Source of the DNA: Octopus vulgaris
Taxonomy: Eukaryota
Length of the DNA: 64,000 nt
Assembly: GCA_951406725.2 (NCBI GenBank)
Contig: OX597818.1
Coordinates: 7,750,001-7,814,000 of the forward strand
Direction of reading: 5' to 3'
In this document: piece after piece, positions 59,858 to 64,000 of the stretch
How the letters are laid out: each line of letters opens with the position of its first letter
Position numbering within the stretch: the first letter of the stretch is position 1
Program-made: the position numbers and the translations under genes
Notes under the pieces: generated by a model
What the model saw: only the letters and a program-made list of their open reading frames with translations
The model's database searches: none
What the model was told of the DNA's origin: nothing

Positions 59858-62149
59858 TATACATACATATATATATACATAAACTAGTGACATGTGAACT
59901 GATTCCTTTTGCCCAAGGCACCAAATCTTTCTGAGTGGTTCAGCAGACTGAAAGCAAAGTAGCCAAATGGGGTTGTTGTTTGAATTCCACTCAGTGACCA
60001 AATAGTTGTTTTATTTAATTATCAAATTATTTTGAATGAATATTTGAAATTTTTCTAACATGTCACAATCAATTACGTAAAAGACTTTATTCTTCGTTTT
60101 TTTTAATGTACTTCTCTTTGTTTATCCTCGCATATTTTATAACACTTTTGCTTGTGTTATTATTGTATCAATGAATGGGCAGTAGTGATATTAAAAATAT
60201 TATCCTTGTTATTTTTGTTAATATTTATGCTGTTATTGTCGTCGTCATCGTTATTAGTATTGTATCATTCCTTGGTTACTTGATTACATTGATGTTAGTT
60301 TTTAATTTCTATCATCAAATAACCAAATAAAAATATCTCTGTTTCAATAACTGAATATTTATAATATAACATCATTTCATCTGGAATAATTAGGATGAAA
60401 TAATATTGGCTTCTTTTGATCTGTAGTCAGAGAAATAACTGATGTTCACCTATGACATTTCATATCAAACTGCTCAGATAAGAAATTTACAAAATGTTAT
60501 CCATTTCGTTATTTCATAAAAAATATTTGATTATTACGTCTGACTTTAGAAATGATAACCTTTAAATCTAATGTATTATGCTACAATTAAACATCTCTCA
60601 GAATTTATTACGCTATAAAGAAGAAATCCTATCGATACAAGAGCGGAATTAATTACTATTCTTCTGTTATTGATCAAATACTTATAAGACCATTATATAG
60701 TTTGGTAGAAAATATTTGTAGTTGTTGCAGCCCCCATGTTGATTATGATCGAACAGATATAGAATTAGGTAAAGCCGTAAAAACCATGGTGTTATGTTTT
60801 TATGTATAATGTACCCAGATTTATATTATCCAACACATTTATTTTTAGATAGTAATCCAGGTTCACAAAATGCATAAAGAACCCAAGTGTTTTCCTGTTA
60901 ACAGAACGTAAAAAAACATGATGAGAGATAGAGAGAGAGAGAATAAGGGAGACAGACAGCAAGAAAGAAAGAAAGAGAGAAAGAAGAAATGGTAGTTTTG
61001 ACCGCCATATTACGATATATAAAACTTATTCCCACGGCTTCATATGTTGCTTCAACTCCTTATTTATCTCCCTATTTATCTCCTTATTTTTCCCATTTTT
61101 AAATAATTTTATTCCGTTCGTCCTCACATATTTTTGAATCTCTTTCAAAGGTCTGTGTAATTCTTTCAGATTCTCTAAGTCCTGATTTCAAATGCTTAGG
61201 AGGTAAACTTTGCTTCTCAAACTTACGTACACGCGATGTACTTGTGACGATGAAGTCCACTGACACGTCTTCAAGATTGCTGGTTTTTATGCCCAAATCA
61301 AAATCATTTATTTTATCTGTTACCCTCTTCCTTTTCTTCTTTATACATTTCTTTTTGGTCTTCCTTGTTTATTGTCCTTAAAAACATCTGCCTTGAGGCG
61401 AATTAAAGAAACCACCACCACCACCACCACCACCATGATGATGATGATTAGCATCCTCATTATCGTCGTAATCATCATCATCACCATTATTATGATTATT
61501 ATTTTTATGTATATTGTCCCTACATCTACAACAGCGATGACAATAGGAGTATTCAAAAGCATGAAAACAACAGCAACATCACCATCATCATTAACACTAC
61601 TACATCTAGTACCGATAAGAATAACATGAACGGCAGCTATTGCAAAGGAGTCTCAAGTAGAAATTCTGGAAGAAACAAGACCTTCACCACAACCTCTACT
61701 ACCTTAACTGCTGGAACATTTCTATCAAGGACAAAAAAGAAAAGAACAGCAGCGGATGGCAACCGAATACTTTATTTCCTTTACGAGGTCCGCAAGAAAT
61801 GAAGAAAAATCAAGATGAGCTAAAATCACTAAGACTGATTTTTTAAAAAATGGTCGTGATAAAAGCCTAACAACGATGCACAGTTGTCGAATGGTAGAGG
61901 GGTAGAAAATGGCGCCGTACGGAAAGTGAGATATCAATATTCAAGAGTACCTCATGTGCGTTTGGGAATAGAAAGCTCACATCCTTGGTAGGCAAGAAAT
62001 ATGGTAGCTAAATTGAGATTATAAATATGAGAAGCAAGATTGCACAAGGTAACTACACAGAAGATTGAGGAACTAATCCTTGATTAAAAATGTAAAAAAT
62101 TTATGTTGGACTTCGCCGGACATCAGAAATTTGAAAAGCACCTAGTGTA

Positions 62150-62480
62150 GCATATTATCATATAATTTCTTGCATTCCCTCCAACTAATAACATAGCAAT
62201 TCTAAAATGTTGGCACTTGTTAGCATATTCAATCGATTATATAATAGATTAACATTTCTCCTTAAATGCTTTCTGATTCCTCTTTTCATCCCTGGAAACA
62301 TATTGTCCTTCTGCACAATGTTATATAATGAGATAAGCCAACATTTTTCAGAGTAATAGCAATCATGCAATGTCTATAATTACTGACAACTATCCATTTT
62401 CTTATTCACATATTTTAGCGTCATTTTCCATTCTGTTATCCATGATGGTGTCTTAATATTCGATTCAATCTTTGCAGAAT
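62150..62480 (-). mobile_element. Possible highly degraded L1/Tx1 RT fragment
   Basis: LYNIVQKDNMFPGMKRGIRKHLRRN...MLTSANIL loosely resembles the RT domain 0-1 region. Confidence 0.25.
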
Positions 62481-62600
62481 AGTTTATTATAAATGTGCAC
62501 GATTGTAAAATATTCAAGGTTGGATCCATAAATACAGGAACTTTCAAGTTTGCTTATACGTTATTGACAAATCTTCACATCGTAAATATTCTGCTATATA

Positions 62601-63858
62601 CTGGGCTGAGGAATAAGTCATGAGCGTATTTTCCAAATTTATCTTAGAGAAAAGAACTACAACAGATTAATCAATAATATACTCTCCGTTGTTGACTACG
62701 TCTTCCTCCCATCGTTCAAAAAGTATTTCGATGTCTCGGTGATAGAAATATCCCGGTCTTGACTCAAAGAATTCGCCCAACCAAGCCCTCAATTCCACGT
62801 CTTTATCGGATGATGCACCACGCAAAGCGTGTGAAAGTGGTCGAAAGAGATGAAAATCTGACGACGCTAAGTATGGAGAATATGGAGGATGCGGCAGCAC
62901 TTCCCTTTCGAGTTCTCGAATCGCGGCTTTGATCATATTGGCGATGCGAGGACGGGGGTTGTCGTGTTGCAGAAGACCACTTATTCGGTCGTTTTTGCTG
63001 AATAGCTTCGTCGAGTCGGTGCAGTTGTTGAACGTAAACCTTCGCACTGAATGTCGGGTGCGCTCAAGCAGTAGTAATGAATTATGCCTTCCCTGTCCCA
63101 ACATACACAGAGCATGTTCTTTCGAGGATGAAGGTTGTTTTTTTTTTAGCAGATTAGCTTGTTTGCTGGGGATGAGCCATTCTTTTCTCTGCTTCATATT
63201 GACGCAAAGGTACAAATTTTCTTTACCAGTGCCAATGCGGTAAAGAAAACGCTGTTTGTGACCGTGTGTTTGGCCATGTCGAGCGACCAAACTTGGCGGC
63301 AACTGTGGAGCGTTGATTTTCGTTCAAAGTGTGTGGCACCCAAGCTTCAAGTTTCTGAACCTTTCCCATTAGATGAAAGTGGTTCACCACAATATTTTTT
63401 TCTCACAATCCATCTGCTCCGCATATTCTCTGGTCGTTTGACGTGAATTTTCGTGAAAAGGTTGATTCAATCACTCTTCATCGAACTCAATTGGTTGACC
63501 GGTGTGTAATCCGTCCTTCAGTTCAAAATTCCCAATTTGGAAGCGCGAAAACCCACTGGTGGCGGTACTTTAAGGCATTAATCTTTCTCCATAAGCAGCA
63601 CAAATCTCACGAAGAGCTTCGGCGATCTTAATACCTCGATTAAATGCAAAAAGCAAGTGGTATGGAAAATGGTCAGTTTTGTCCACTTGGCTTTCCATTT
63701 TAATTATCTGAAAATATACAAAAATCAATAAAATGTTAAAAAAATCAAAACATATCTCGTAGAGTAAAACGATTCTCTTTTACATAACATAAAACGCTTC
63801 GTTTCTGCGTGCATTTTAAAATTTGAACAAAACGCTCATGAATTATTACTCAACCCAA
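62601..63858 (-). mobile_element. mariner transposon relic, near full length
   Basis: TIRs TA|CTGGGCTGAGGAATAAGTCATGAGCGT and ACGCTCATGAATTATTACTCAACCCAA|TA, with LQHDNPRPR and HPPYSPYLASSDFHLF. Confidence 0.94.
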
Positions 63859-63899
63859 TATATATAATATAATATAATATTATATAATATTATATTATA

Positions 63900-63964
<65 letters not shown>

Positions 63965-63977
63965 CTGTGTGTGTGTG
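63859..63977. repeat. (TATAA)n/(TA)n/(TG)n low-complexity tract
   Basis: Visible tandem units. Confidence 0.9.
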
Positions 63978-64000
63978 GTCACATATACTCATTTCGCTAA

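Noticed and set aside
62667-63302. SETMAR-like domesticated transposase
   Set aside because: It has TIRs, TA flanks and frameshifts, and no SET domain, so it is an ordinary dead mariner.

Overview
This is AT-rich, microsatellite-dense eukaryotic DNA made almost entirely of transposon debris, and I can support no host protein-coding or RNA gene. The tRNA-derived SINE families and the repeat landscape suggest an octopus or other coleoid cephalopod (inference). Contents: (i) several Penelope-like elements (PLEs) and short PLE-type modules in (TA)n or (ATT)n tracts, carrying about ten type-I hammerhead-ribozyme motifs, one with a fully canonical core at 4208-4291 and the rest variant or degenerate; (ii) a 9-19 kb hub of same-orientation R4/Dong-like site-specific LINEs inserted in (TAA)n, including a ~1.7 kb (ATT)n array, plus a further young copy at 53.5-55.6 kb and older relatives; (iii) three TIR-bounded mariner relics and a Tc1 relic; (iv) a non-autonomous Helitron with two 5' ends; (v) RTE and L1/Tx1 fragments and many SINEs. 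Most ORFs in the supplied track are microsatellite or antisense artefacts. All structures and alignments were read by eye, and coordinates of degenerate repeats are approximate.
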